64,000 nucleotides of DNA from Patescibacteria group bacterium (GTDB taxonomy: Bacteria > Patescibacteriota > Microgenomatia > UBA1400 > PJMF01): the NCBI GenBank assembly GCA_016861205.1, contig BOKX01000001.1, positions 72,539 to 136,538 of the forward strand. The letters are read 5' to 3'. Below the pieces are notes generated by a model that was not told the origin of the DNA, ran no database searches, and saw only the letters and a program-made list of their open reading frames with translations. The translations under genes and the position numbers were made by a program. Position 1 is the first letter of the stretch. The number at the start of each line of letters is the position of its first letter. This document shows positions 9,225-17,960 of this stretch, piece by piece.

Positions 9225-10307
9225 TTACGTCTTCTTTAACTCCGCCTTAAACCAATCCACCCAAGGATTGGGGGTTGGGTTTTGATTATTGAGTAAGGCT
9301 AAGTAGTAACTGGCGTATGAACCAAGTACCAACAACTCAAAGGCTTGCTCAAGTTTGGTGCGACCAGTTGTGTTGTAGGTGACGAACTCAATGTGATTTT
9401 GATCTAAAACCTGTTCGGTTAGCTCGACACGTCGCTGATTTTGTGTCTGGTACAGATCTGAGCGAACGCTCAGCCACAGTAACGTGCTTTCATTGGCATC
9501 GGGAAACTGTAAACCCTCCATGAGGTGGTGATTCAGCTCAGGGACGACGCGGTACTCAGAGAACGTTTTGGCATTTTCGTTGATCTGGTTGGCAAAAACA
9601 TGAGCAACGCCTTCCAAGTGCTCAGCTACCAGCACAACTGGAATGCGTTTAACCATCTGGAACGCCAGGACTTTAGCTAAGTTTTCATCCTGAGGCACGC
9701 TGACAGCTGACTTGAGCTGGGCATCGGCAACAGCGGCCAAAACTTGCTCGTACTCGGCTTGACCGACGTTGAGCAAGCCCGCTTTGGCGAAGAGAGCAAT
9801 TTGGCCAAAGACGGAGTACCCGAGCGCCATGCGAGGTGAGTTGCAAGGGTTGTAAGTGGGTTCAAAAACGAGCGCGGGGTAGTTGTGTTCTCTGAGCCAC
9901 TCGGCAAGTTTACCACCAGAAGTGATACCGACAATCTTGGCACCCTTGGCATGTGCGTCGGCCGCGGCAGCTAAGGTTTCTTCGGTAGTTCCGGAGTAAC
10001 TGGATGCGATCACCAGCGTGTGCTCATTCACGAAGTGTGGCACGGTGTAATCTGGCGCGATTAAAACAGGTACTTTAAGCTCTTCTTTGAAAACAGTTTG
10101 GATAACGTGCGTGCCGAGGGCAGAACCACCCATCCCAGCTACTACCACTTGGGAGACTTGGCGATAGCTATCGTCGAGCTGGATGGCTTGAGCTAGTTCC
10201 CAAATATGTTGGACTTGGCTGCCCAACTGTTCGATTGAGCCGAGGGCGTTACTGACATCCAGCCGTAAAATTTCATCTCGATTGTCTAAAAAACTTGGGT
10301 TGGCCAT
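9225..10307 (-). CDS. bifunctional phosphoglucose/phosphomannose isomerase (SIS, archaeal type)
   Basis: GMGGSA, SSYSGTTEET, TSGGKL, QINENAK, PELNHH. Confidence 0.92.
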   Translation of the reverse strand: MANPSFLDNRDEILRLDVSNALGSIEQLGSQVQHIWELAQAIQLDDSYRQVSQVVVAGMGGSALGTHVIQTVFKEELKVPVLIAPDYTVPHFVNEHTLVIASSYSGTTEETLAAAADAHAKGAKIVGITSGGKLAEWLREHNYPALVFEPTYNPCNSPRMALGYSVFGQIALFAKAGLLNVGQAEYEQVLAAVADAQLKSAVSVPQDENLAKVLAFQMVKRIPVVLVAEHLEGVAHVFANQINENAKTFSEYRVVPELNHHLMEGLQFPDANESTLLWLSVRSDLYQTQNQRRVELTEQVLDQNHIEFVTYNTTGRTKLEQAFELLVLGSYASYYLALLNNQNPTPNPWVDWFKAELKKT

Positions 10308-10354
10308 AGAATCCTTTGATAGTACTACTACTGTCTGGCGACTGCCTGACAGGT

Positions 10355-11641
10355 TTATGACGTGATTTTGTCAGGTGTTAAGTTGGGACCCGTGCCTGAC
10401 TTGGTCGCTTTTTGGACTGCTTCGTGCTCCACGTTGCGGAACAAGGTTTGATCAGGATACACCACCGCTTTGGAACCAATGACGACACCGGGCATCGTGC
10501 CGATGCGAATACCGAGGTTGGCGTGGTCCCCGACCATAATCCCCAATTTCCGTCGACCTGACAGGATTTTTGTACCTTTCACATTGACTGGTACTGACTG
10601 CTCGTCTAGTCGCAAGTTGGCTGTGATTAAACCAGCTCCAGCATGAACATGCCGGCCCAAAATTGAGTCAGCGAGGTATGACTGGTGCAGTTCAGCGTGC
10701 TCCATGATGATTGATCGCACCACTTCGGTGTTGGCGCCGATTCTGACACCCGCCTCAATGCTGCCTCCACGCACAAAGCTGTACTCGCCGATCAGAGCCC
10801 CCTTGCCAATATAAGCAGGTCCAGAAATTTTGGCAAAATCTTTAATAACAGCAGCCTCGTCGATGATGACTGGGCCTGTGCTGTCGTCAATAATGGCCGT
10901 AGGCGCAATTTGCGCACTATCGGCTTGCCAGGAACTCTCAGTTTCAAAGATATGGCTCAATAGGTCGAACAAGTGCCAAGGATACTTCAAAGTGGCGAGG
11001 CTTTGTTCGAGCTGCAGCACCTTAATGTCCTGTTGTTGGGCTAACGTATTGAGAGTCGACTCAAAGTTGTATTCCTCAGTTGGTCGGGTTTTGAGCAGTT
11101 GCAAAAACTGCTGGTCCAGTAAGTACAAACTTTGAATAGCTAAGTTGGAAGGCTCAGTGCCTTTGGCCGGTTTTTCAACAATGCCTTTCAGTAAACCGTG
11201 TTCCACTGTCAAAATCCCAAAGTGCCAAGGTTCAGGTGTTGGATAGGCACAGACAGCGCTAGAGGTGCCGAACTTAAGCAGTTCATCAAGCACCTCGGCG
11301 GCTTGGTACTGATAGTTAGAAATGACGGCAAATTGGCCAGTGAGGTACTTGCCAGCTGTCACTACCGCATTTCCCATACCTAACGCCTCTTGTTGTTGCA
11401 CAATTTTGATGTTGTGACCCCAGTCTTGGTGCGCGAGTTGATCGACAAAACCACCAGGTACCATGTCTTTGGCTGACACGACCATCACTAAGTCGGTGTA
11501 GCCGTGTTCGCGCAAGTTTTCGACGGTGCGCTGAACGAGCGGCTTCCCCAGCAACGTTAGGTTGCCTTTATGGGTGGTGTGAAAAGGAAAAAATCGGGAG
11601 TTTTGGCCACCAGCTAACATGACCACGGTTGGACGAGACAT
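10355..11641 (-). CDS. sugar-phosphate nucleotidyltransferase with hexapeptide-repeat domain (archaeal GlmU-like)
   Basis: LAGGQNSRF, VEKP, YPWHL, left-handed beta-helix, SGRRKLG. Confidence 0.88.
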   Translation of the reverse strand: MSRPTVVMLAGGQNSRFFPFHTTHKGNLTLLGKPLVQRTVENLREHGYTDLVMVVSAKDMVPGGFVDQLAHQDWGHNIKIVQQQEALGMGNAVVTAGKYLTGQFAVISNYQYQAAEVLDELLKFGTSSAVCAYPTPEPWHFGILTVEHGLLKGIVEKPAKGTEPSNLAIQSLYLLDQQFLQLLKTRPTEEYNFESTLNTLAQQQDIKVLQLEQSLATLKYPWHLFDLLSHIFETESSWQADSAQIAPTAIIDDSTGPVIIDEAAVIKDFAKISGPAYIGKGALIGEYSFVRGGSIEAGVRIGANTEVVRSIIMEHAELHQSYLADSILGRHVHAGAGLITANLRLDEQSVPVNVKGTKILSGRRKLGIMVGDHANLGIRIGTMPGVVIGSKAVVYPDQTLFRNVEHEAVQKATKSGTGPNLTPDKITS

Positions 11642-11780
11642 GCATCGATTGTAACATTCAGCGGACAGCTAGCCAGCTGTTAATAATTGGCTTCGCCAGA
11701 TTGGTTTGAGGTGGGTTTGTGACCGATTGTGTCTAAATATGTCAAAATAGATCTTTTATTATAAAAACGCCTCAAAATAG

Positions 11781-11811
11781 AATTAGCAGACAAGTCGTGA
11801 CTCTGCTAATT
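11781..11811. terminator. hairpin downstream of holA, possible terminator
   Basis: AATTAGCAGA...TCTGCTAATT perfect 10-bp inverted repeat in an AT-rich spacer. Confidence 0.5.
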
Positions 11812-11844
11812 TAGCTTAAAATAAATAAGGATTGATTTATCAAC

Positions 11845-12552
11845 CTATTTTTGGACAACCTGCAGTTGCCACTGCTCGAGCCTGGTGCCGAACGGAATTG
11901 CGGTCAAACCCTGCTTCAGCTCCAGATCGAGCTGTACCAGCCCGGCGTGCAGCTTGAGCAAGTGTTCCAAGCTGAAAGCTTTAGCTTGTGAGCGCAGCTT
12001 GGTTTGCATGAACGGGGCTCCGGCAATTTTGCCACCTGAGGCGGCCGTTAGGAGCAGCCGGATCTGCCGACTGGCCATTGCCCAACATAGGCCGGCGTCC
12101 TCTTGGCTAATGGCAGCTCGCAGTAAGGTGAGTTGCTTGGTTAGGGTGGTGGGTTTGGGACTGAGTGAATCAAGCCAAGTAAAGACTGCGTTGCTGACCT
12201 TGAACTCTTGAGCCTGAGCACCCGCGAACTGTTTAATCATCGTAGCAGTCAGGGCGCGCTTTTCCCACAGCACCAACTGGAGTTGGTCAGATGAATTTTT
12301 GGTAGCTGCTGATAGCAGCTGGATGAGCTGTTTACGACGCGCACCCACCGGCAGTGAGTGCAGGCCTTCGATGACAATAGTTCGGTTGGGTTCAAACAGA
12401 CTAGAGCTACCTAAAGTGGTTTCAAGCTCAGCTACTGACAGTTGTGGAGCAGTGAGTGAAGTAACCAGCCGGCCAGCGGCTCGGGCAGCTTGCAACAGCT
12501 CAACCAGTTTTTGGCGGGAGGCGGCGTGGTGTTCACCGTGCAGAATAAGCAT
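11845..12552 (-). CDS. holA: DNA polymerase III delta subunit (short form)
   Basis: ILHGE start, SLF motif, VFTWLDSL, C-terminal PFMQTKLRSQAKAFSLEHL..LDLELKQG. Confidence 0.8.
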   Translation of the reverse strand: MLILHGEHHAASRQKLVELLQAARAAGRLVTSLTAPQLSVAELETTLGSSSLFEPNRTIVIEGLHSLPVGARRKQLIQLLSAATKNSSDQLQLVLWEKRALTATMIKQFAGAQAQEFKVSNAVFTWLDSLSPKPTTLTKQLTLLRAAISQEDAGLCWAMASRQIRLLLTAASGGKIAGAPFMQTKLRSQAKAFSLEHLLKLHAGLVQLDLELKQGLTAIPFGTRLEQWQLQVVQK

Positions 12553-12631
12553 GGGCTGATTATACCGGGGTTTCCAAGGAGTATCGGCTGCTAAAAAGGT
12601 ATTTTACGGTCAGCTTATTACAAACTTAACT

Positions 12632-12694
12632 TTCGCATTAATCTTGTTTGCCTGGATGCCTTCTTAGCAGCTAGGCAAACAAGATTAGTGCGAA
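12632..12694 (+). repeat. long inverted repeat, about 27-bp stem
   Basis: TTCGCATTAATCTTGTTTGCCTGG...CTAGGCAAACAAGATTAGTGCGAA. Confidence 0.85.
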
Positions 12695-12768
12695 GACTTG
12701 CATATCACGTTGCAGATCTGTTACTTTAAAGGCACGGACAGTATTCAAAATAATCAAAAAAGGAAGCT

Positions 12769-13356
12769 ATGCCCAAAAAAAGTCGCACCTCAAAAACCAA
12801 AAAGACCAGTAAAAAAGCTCGCACATCACGAACCCGTGTTGCTGCGCCTCGCCGCAGCTCAGTGATGACCCAACCGATGAGTGGTGATTTGGCCTCAGCT
12901 ATGTCCAGTACTCAGCCAATGATGATGTCGGCTCCCGCAGCCTCAAACATGATGACGCCAATGCAACTAGTAGCTATGTTTGGTAGTTTGTTTGTAACCA
13001 ACGCGCTGGTTTTGGCCGGGGTTAACTGGCTCTTCCCCACTCAATTGGTACTGGGGACGAACTTGCTGTCACCGTTTTGGGCATTGTTGTATGCCACCGG
13101 TGTTTTGACGCTCATCATCGTCGGCTTAGTGCCAGTCATTGAACTGCTGGCTGCCCAACTACGCTTAAAGATCAGCGACATGCAGTGGATGGCCCTGTAC
13201 ATGGTGATTAACATTGGGGCGTTGTGGATTGTCGGCCGGTTTGCCGAAATCGTCGGCCTCGGTGTGGCGAGCTGGCTCGTAGTAGTGCTGGTTTCAGTGG
13301 TCCTCAACATGGTCCAAGGTTTGGTAGTGACCCAGTTTGTCAGCAAGGTGAAGTAG
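12769..13356 (+). CDS. 4-TM YvlD/phage-holin_4-like membrane protein with Lys/Arg-rich N-terminus
   Basis: NALVL..VNWLFP, INIGALWIVGRF pattern; AAGGA RBS. Confidence 0.65.
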   Translation: MPKKSRTSKTKKTSKKARTSRTRVAAPRRSSVMTQPMSGDLASAMSSTQPMMMSAPAASNMMTPMQLVAMFGSLFVTNALVLAGVNWLFPTQLVLGTNLLSPFWALLYATGVLTLIIVGLVPVIELLAAQLRLKISDMQWMALYMVINIGALWIVGRFAEIVGLGVASWLVVVLVSVVLNMVQGLVVTQFVSKVK

Positions 13357-13429
13357 CAGGTGGCGTTTGAAACCGAATGAAGTATAGTTTAAGGTACAAA
13401 GTACCTGGTTGACTTTGTTACTCTTGTGT

Positions 13430-14291
13430 ATGGTCGAGCAATCCCAACCCATTGAAAAAAAACCGCGCTCAAACCTTGATCGTTGGTTGTCACTGGCGAA
13501 GAACGTCCTACGGCGGGAACGCGATTTCTCAGTTGATCCCACCCGAGCACACGAATATTACCTGTTGGAAAGGTATTATGAGTTCCACCCTGATGTGCAC
13601 ATTCCTTTAGGGAAGTATGACTCTGTGCACTACTTTGGTGAAGAACGAGGTGGTACTAATGATCGGGACATATTTGACTATTTGATTGCGCTATTTGGAG
13701 ATGATTACTCCGGTAAAAAAATGAGTGAAACACTTAGTGATTACATGCGGGAACATGGTATTGAGGCACCACATCCCGATCTGTTTAAGGTTGATTTTCC
13801 GAAGCGTGACAACGCGAAAAGCATTTTTGGTGGCTATGACGAAGTAATGAAACCAGGGAAAACTGTCTTAGATTTAGGACCTGGGCAGGCTTTAGGTTTA
13901 ATGCAGTTTGCTGAAAAACATCCAGAGACATCATTCATTGGGATCGATAGTCTCTATCAAGAGAAAAGAAAGGTGCGCCCTGGGCAACCAGGCTTGCAGT
14001 TGACTCATGGCAACTGGAATGATCTTGCGCCAATTCCAAACAACAGCATTGACACTATCATTTTGGGGATTACCAGGATTTGGTGGTAGGCGAGGTGTGA
14101 AGCCAGACGATGAGTTGACTGATCGCATAGTCAAATCCTTGTACAGAGTGCTGAAGGTGGGAGGTACTATCAGACTAGATACCTTAGGTGAAGGTGATCC
14201 GGTTGCGGATTATCTAACTAGCCGAATGGATCCACGTGTTTGGCAGTTCGGTACTGATTCAGGCATATTTATTGCTAAGAAAATTGCTTAG
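13430..14291 (+). pseudogene. class I SAM methyltransferase split by a frameshift near 14057
   Basis: VLDLGPGQA motif in one frame; SLYRVLKVGG motif continues in another frame. Confidence 0.75.
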
Positions 14292-14334
14292 CAGCTGTAG
14301 CTGAGTGTCAGCGATCAGCTGATTTATCGATAAA

Positions 14335-15051
14335 TCAGCTCAAGTTCAGCCCGCGGCGCTTCAGCCAACCTTGGTGTTCAGCGTAGGCAGGGTCGTACTG
14401 TTTGACGATGGTCCAAAACGCACGCGAGTGGTTCATCTCGCGGCGATGGGCTAGCTCATGCACGATCACGTAGTCGATAACGGCTGGTGGGTGGTGGACG
14501 AGCCGCCAGTTGAAGTTGAGGTTGCCCTGGCTACTGCAGCTACCCCAGCGACTTTTCTGTTCTCGCAGAGTGATACGGCCATAGGTAATGTGCATGGTTT
14601 TGGCCAGTTGGTGGGTGCGGGGCAAAAGGTATTTTTCGGCAGTGCGTTTCAAAAAAGCCTCGATAGCTGTTTTAGCAGCAGTGGGAAATGGTTGTCCGGT
14701 TGCCTCGGTCAGCGTTTGGTTGGCTTTAGTCGGTGGAGTTCTGAGTGTGACCTGGAGCTGGGCATTCACCACTTGGACTTTGGTTGCGGCGTGCGCTGAA
14801 GTGATGATGGTAACCGGGTAACTTTGGCCAAAAATGGCCACTTGCCAAGGGTTGGCTTTTTTATGATGAGCTTGGAGTTTGGCTTGGTGGGTAGAAATCC
14901 AGTCCTGATGACTTTCCACAAACTTTCTGACCATGAACTTGGGCACTAACGGGGGTGTGGTGACCACCACGGTCCCGTCGCTCTTGAGGCTGAGTTTCAG
15001 TTGGCGAGCGCGTCGGGAAACACAGTGGGTAAACTCGATCATAGGACTCAT
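14335..15051 (-). CDS. YgjP/DUF45 (M48-like) metallohydrolase
   Basis: QKSRWGSCS, NFNWRL, DYVIVHELAH, NHSRAFW. Confidence 0.92.
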   Translation of the reverse strand: MSPMIEFTHCVSRRARQLKLSLKSDGTVVVTTPPLVPKFMVRKFVESHQDWISTHQAKLQAHHKKANPWQVAIFGQSYPVTIITSAHAATKVQVVNAQLQVTLRTPPTKANQTLTEATGQPFPTAAKTAIEAFLKRTAEKYLLPRTHQLAKTMHITYGRITLREQKSRWGSCSSQGNLNFNWRLVHHPPAVIDYVIVHELAHRREMNHSRAFWTIVKQYDPAYAEHQGWLKRRGLNLS

Positions 15052-15169
15052 TATATGGGGGCCAGTATACTACAGGCTCAACTATACTCCGAAACTGTCA
15101 CTCGCATGCTTTTTTGAAAAATTTCGGTTACAATACCTCTGGTTCAACCAGATTAACGGTGAACAACGT

Positions 15170-15256
15170 GCCGAAGTGGCGAAACTGGTAGACGCGTACG
15201 GCTTAGAACCGTATGCCAGCAATGGCTTGTGGGTTCGAGTCCCACCTTCGGCACCA
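15170..15256 (+). tRNA. tRNA-Leu(TAG)
   Basis: GCCGAAG/CTTCGGC acceptor stem, TACGG-CTTAGAA-CCGTA anticodon arm, long variable arm, GTTCGAGT, encoded CCA. Confidence 0.97.
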
Positions 15257-15283
15257 TTGACATGAAAATGAAAGGTATTGTTT

Positions 15284-15838
15284 ATGCACGGTCCCATTGA
15301 GAGCAGGTTTGCAGACGTTGATAAGCAAATAATTGCTCAAATGATAACAGCTGTATCTAAGGATATGCCTGAAATGAATGCTGACACGAAAAAGATGTTT
15401 GATGTTGTTATGGAGTTTGTTGCAGAAGCACTTCACAAAGCTACAGAGGAGCTAAAAATACCTGCTAGATGGTTTCAGTTGAAAGTCTCTGCCGATGTTG
15501 ATGGCTTTGTTCAGTACGCTAAGTTCCGAGTTACTGGTGAGCGCAGTTTCATTGTTTTACTCAGTTTGAACAGATTACTCTCAACCTTAGAATTGATGCG
15601 GCAATCTCCATTTCGGCGACCAGAATATGTAAAATCACTCCTAGTTGATGTGGGACACGAAATGTATCACGGTTTTCAGTTGATTAACGCAAAGGATCAG
15701 TTAACAGGTATTCCCTTGCCTGATGATGATTTTGAAAAATACTGGACGAGTCAAGGTGAGCAAATGGCAGAAGCTTATGGTCACTCCCTTAGTGAGTACA
15801 TTGCCAGTCAGCCAAACTTTTCTGGGAGATTACTATAA
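15284..15838 (+). CDS. zincin-like HExxH hypothetical protein
   Basis: GHEMYHG plus downstream EQMAE; AAAGGT RBS before ATG 15284. Confidence 0.6.
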   Translation: MHGPIESRFADVDKQIIAQMITAVSKDMPEMNADTKKMFDVVMEFVAEALHKATEELKIPARWFQLKVSADVDGFVQYAKFRVTGERSFIVLLSLNRLLSTLELMRQSPFRRPEYVKSLLVDVGHEMYHGFQLINAKDQLTGIPLPDDDFEKYWTSQGEQMAEAYGHSLSEYIASQPNFSGRLL

Positions 15839-15863
15839 CGAGTAATTTTGTCAGCGCAAAAAC

Positions 15864-16237
15864 CTAATCCAAATAACTCATGCGCATCAGATTTGTGGTT
15901 TGATCATCAGATTCACCCAGTCTTTGATAGCGAACTGCGTCAAGTTGCCAAATGTTGTTGGGTAAGTCCATCAGATAGTGTAAAAATTTTTCAACATGTT
16001 CCGGGTTGGCGCGACCGCTCTTGAGGTCATCCAAGCACCGCATGAGATTAGTGGCATACACCCGGAGGGTCAGGTTTTGCCAGGCAAAGCTATTGAGTAA
16101 AGCTACATCTTTGAGTTTGGGAAACCGGTATTTGAGAACCTGGCTGGTGTTTCATTCGTTGCGATTTCTTCCAGTTTCTGTTCATGTATGAATCCGGACT
16201 TTGCCGCTTCGGTTAACTCAGTGTTTAAACTGTACAT
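15864..16237 (-). pseudogene. frameshifted hypothetical gene
   Basis: GGAGGAGG RBS, ATG 16237 (MYSLNTELTEAAKSG...); a one-base shift near 16142 joins it to the QVLKYRFPKL...MSYLD frame. Confidence 0.55.
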
Positions 16238-16383
16238 AAATACCTCCTCCCCCTAGAGATATTTTTTTGGCGGAGGGAGAATATACTTCCGCTGTGGCTA
16301 AATTGTTAAAGGTCATTTTGGTTGGTTGTTTACTATGATTAGAAGCTTGCCGGTTGGTTGCAAATCTTGTATATTCAGCACTT

Positions 16384-16905
16384 ATGTCTACAGAGTCTAA
16401 CCCCATCCAACTACCACGACAATTTTTATGGCACATACTTCACGAACTGCCAGCTGCCTTGTCTATCGATCTTGGTCCAGGTGTGGAACTGCCCACGTAT
16501 GACACCGATATTCGTTTTCACGCGACCATGACGTTTTTAGAAAACGTCTTACTCCCATTGGTGTTTGAACATGGCTTGCAGACTGATATTGATCAAGTTC
16601 TGGAAGTGACAACGAGCTTTGTGCTTGACCCAGCCAACAACTATCCTTCTGATCCAGAAGACGATAGTGTTGAAGATATTCTGATGGATGCTGAGTTCTT
16701 TCTTTTTCCTTTGAAGGCCCTTGGTAATTTACTGGCTCGTTTGGATAGTCAAAGAAGTCTCTCACCTCAAGAAATCCATTTAATTAATCAGACCATTAGT
16801 GTCCTAGCGGAAGTTAATGCCTTGAGTGATGCTGACGAAGATGATGATGACCCTGACAGTATTGATCCCCCAGCTTGGTCCAGCGGCCCAGTTAACTTAA
16901 ACTAA
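16384..16905 (+). CDS. acidic hypothetical protein
   Basis: 173-aa ORF, D/E-rich, TATATT-like -10 shortly upstream. Confidence 0.6.
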   Translation: MSTESNPIQLPRQFLWHILHELPAALSIDLGPGVELPTYDTDIRFHATMTFLENVLLPLVFEHGLQTDIDQVLEVTTSFVLDPANNYPSDPEDDSVEDILMDAEFFLFPLKALGNLLARLDSQRSLSPQEIHLINQTISVLAEVNALSDADEDDDDPDSIDPPAWSSGPVNLN

Positions 16906-16931
16906 CCACCTTCTTGTGTCTATTTCTCTAC

Positions 16932-17008
16932 AACAAAAAGCCCCCACCAGAGGTGAGGGCTATTAGGCTCAGAACGTGATATCCGGTGAGGACAGGACCT
17001 TCTGAGAT
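16932..17008 (-). ncRNA. putative small RNA of about 75 nt with intrinsic terminator
   Basis: Consensus promoter immediately upstream, CTCAGAA/TTCTGAG stem, then AGCCCTCACC-TCT-GGTGGGGGCT-TTTT. Confidence 0.55.
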
Positions 17009-17014
17009 ACTGTT

Positions 17015-17043
17015 AATATATCAAAAATATGTATAAATGTCAA
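17015..17043 (-). promoter_or_regulatory. sigma70-type promoter
   Basis: TTGACA (17043-17038), 17-nt spacer, TATATT (17020-17015). Confidence 0.75.
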
Positions 17044-17141
17044 GAAATAGATCAATCAATACCATGATTTCAAGAGTTGCATTTCCCCTGGAAATAAGCA
17101 GGTACTGGCAATTTTAGCCTGGAAAAGCACAGGAAACCCAG

Positions 17142-17828
17142 TTAGGGTTCTGGTACAAACTCGAGGACGTTTTGGTTAGCTTTTTTCTCGATACCTAAGG
17201 CTCGGTCGTCATAACGCATTTCGGTCATCCACTGGTTCACCGAGGCGGCCCAACTGCCATTGCTCGAGGGGGTGTACTTTTGCATGATATCTTCAGGGGT
17301 CAAACGGCCTTGATCAATGTAGAACTTCTTCAGTTCTCGAGCGGCTCGGTCAAAGTTGGCTTCAAAACTGTCAAACTCGAGAGTGCCGCGTTCATGGATG
17401 CCAAAACCCAGACAGTTGTGACTGCCCTCGGGAATACTTTTACAGAGGTTGCTTTCCTGCATAGCGATGGCTGGAAGCAAACGGAAGTCGATGCCATATT
17501 TGTCAGCTACATCCACGAATTTCTGACCCCACTCATCATGTGGGCTCAGCGGTGAGTTGTAGCGATCCAAGAACCGAGCCACAATTTCAGCGCGGCCGTC
17601 ACCGGTTTCCAGGACTGTTTCTACCCCTTTGACCTGACCAGTTGAGCTATTTTCGGCTGGTTGTGAAGCTGGCGCGGAGATGAAAACGACTGGTGAAATT
17701 AAGCTAGCCTGATCAATTTCGGGCAAAGCGCTGGCAAATCCGCTGGAACCGATCATGACGAGCATGACCCCGGCCACCGACAGAACCCAGCCTGAAACAA
17801 GTGCCAACTGACGATATAACTTCGGCAT
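17142..17828 (-). CDS. secreted lysozyme-fold (glucosaminidase/SLT-like) protein
   Basis: N-terminal TM/signal; YGIDFRLLPAIAMQES, HNCLGFG, KYTP..W. Confidence 0.75.
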   Translation of the reverse strand: MPKLYRQLALVSGWVLSVAGVMLVMIGSSGFASALPEIDQASLISPVVFISAPASQPAENSSTGQVKGVETVLETGDGRAEIVARFLDRYNSPLSPHDEWGQKFVDVADKYGIDFRLLPAIAMQESNLCKSIPEGSHNCLGFGIHERGTLEFDSFEANFDRAARELKKFYIDQGRLTPEDIMQKYTPSSNGSWAASVNQWMTEMRYDDRALGIEKKANQNVLEFVPEP

Positions 17829-17960
17829 TGAACTCCAGTATACCAGATTTTATCCTCACCAGATTAGCGTCAAAAACATCCTAGTTTGTCCCAGTCTGAA
17901 GCAGTGCTTTTATCTCGACAAATGGCCAATTTTATGATATCCTATAATATATAGGACGGT

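Noticed and set aside
11715-11750. dif-like site
   Set aside because: Only loose similarity to the XerD arm and spacing is off
16932-17008. SRP RNA or tRNA identity for the small RNA
   Set aside because: Lacks the SRP CAGG-GNRA-AGCA domain and a cloverleaf
12769-17828. Prophage lysis module (holin-like plus lysozyme-like genes)
   Set aside because: Genes are unlinked, both families occur on chromosomes, and no capsid, terminase or integrase is present
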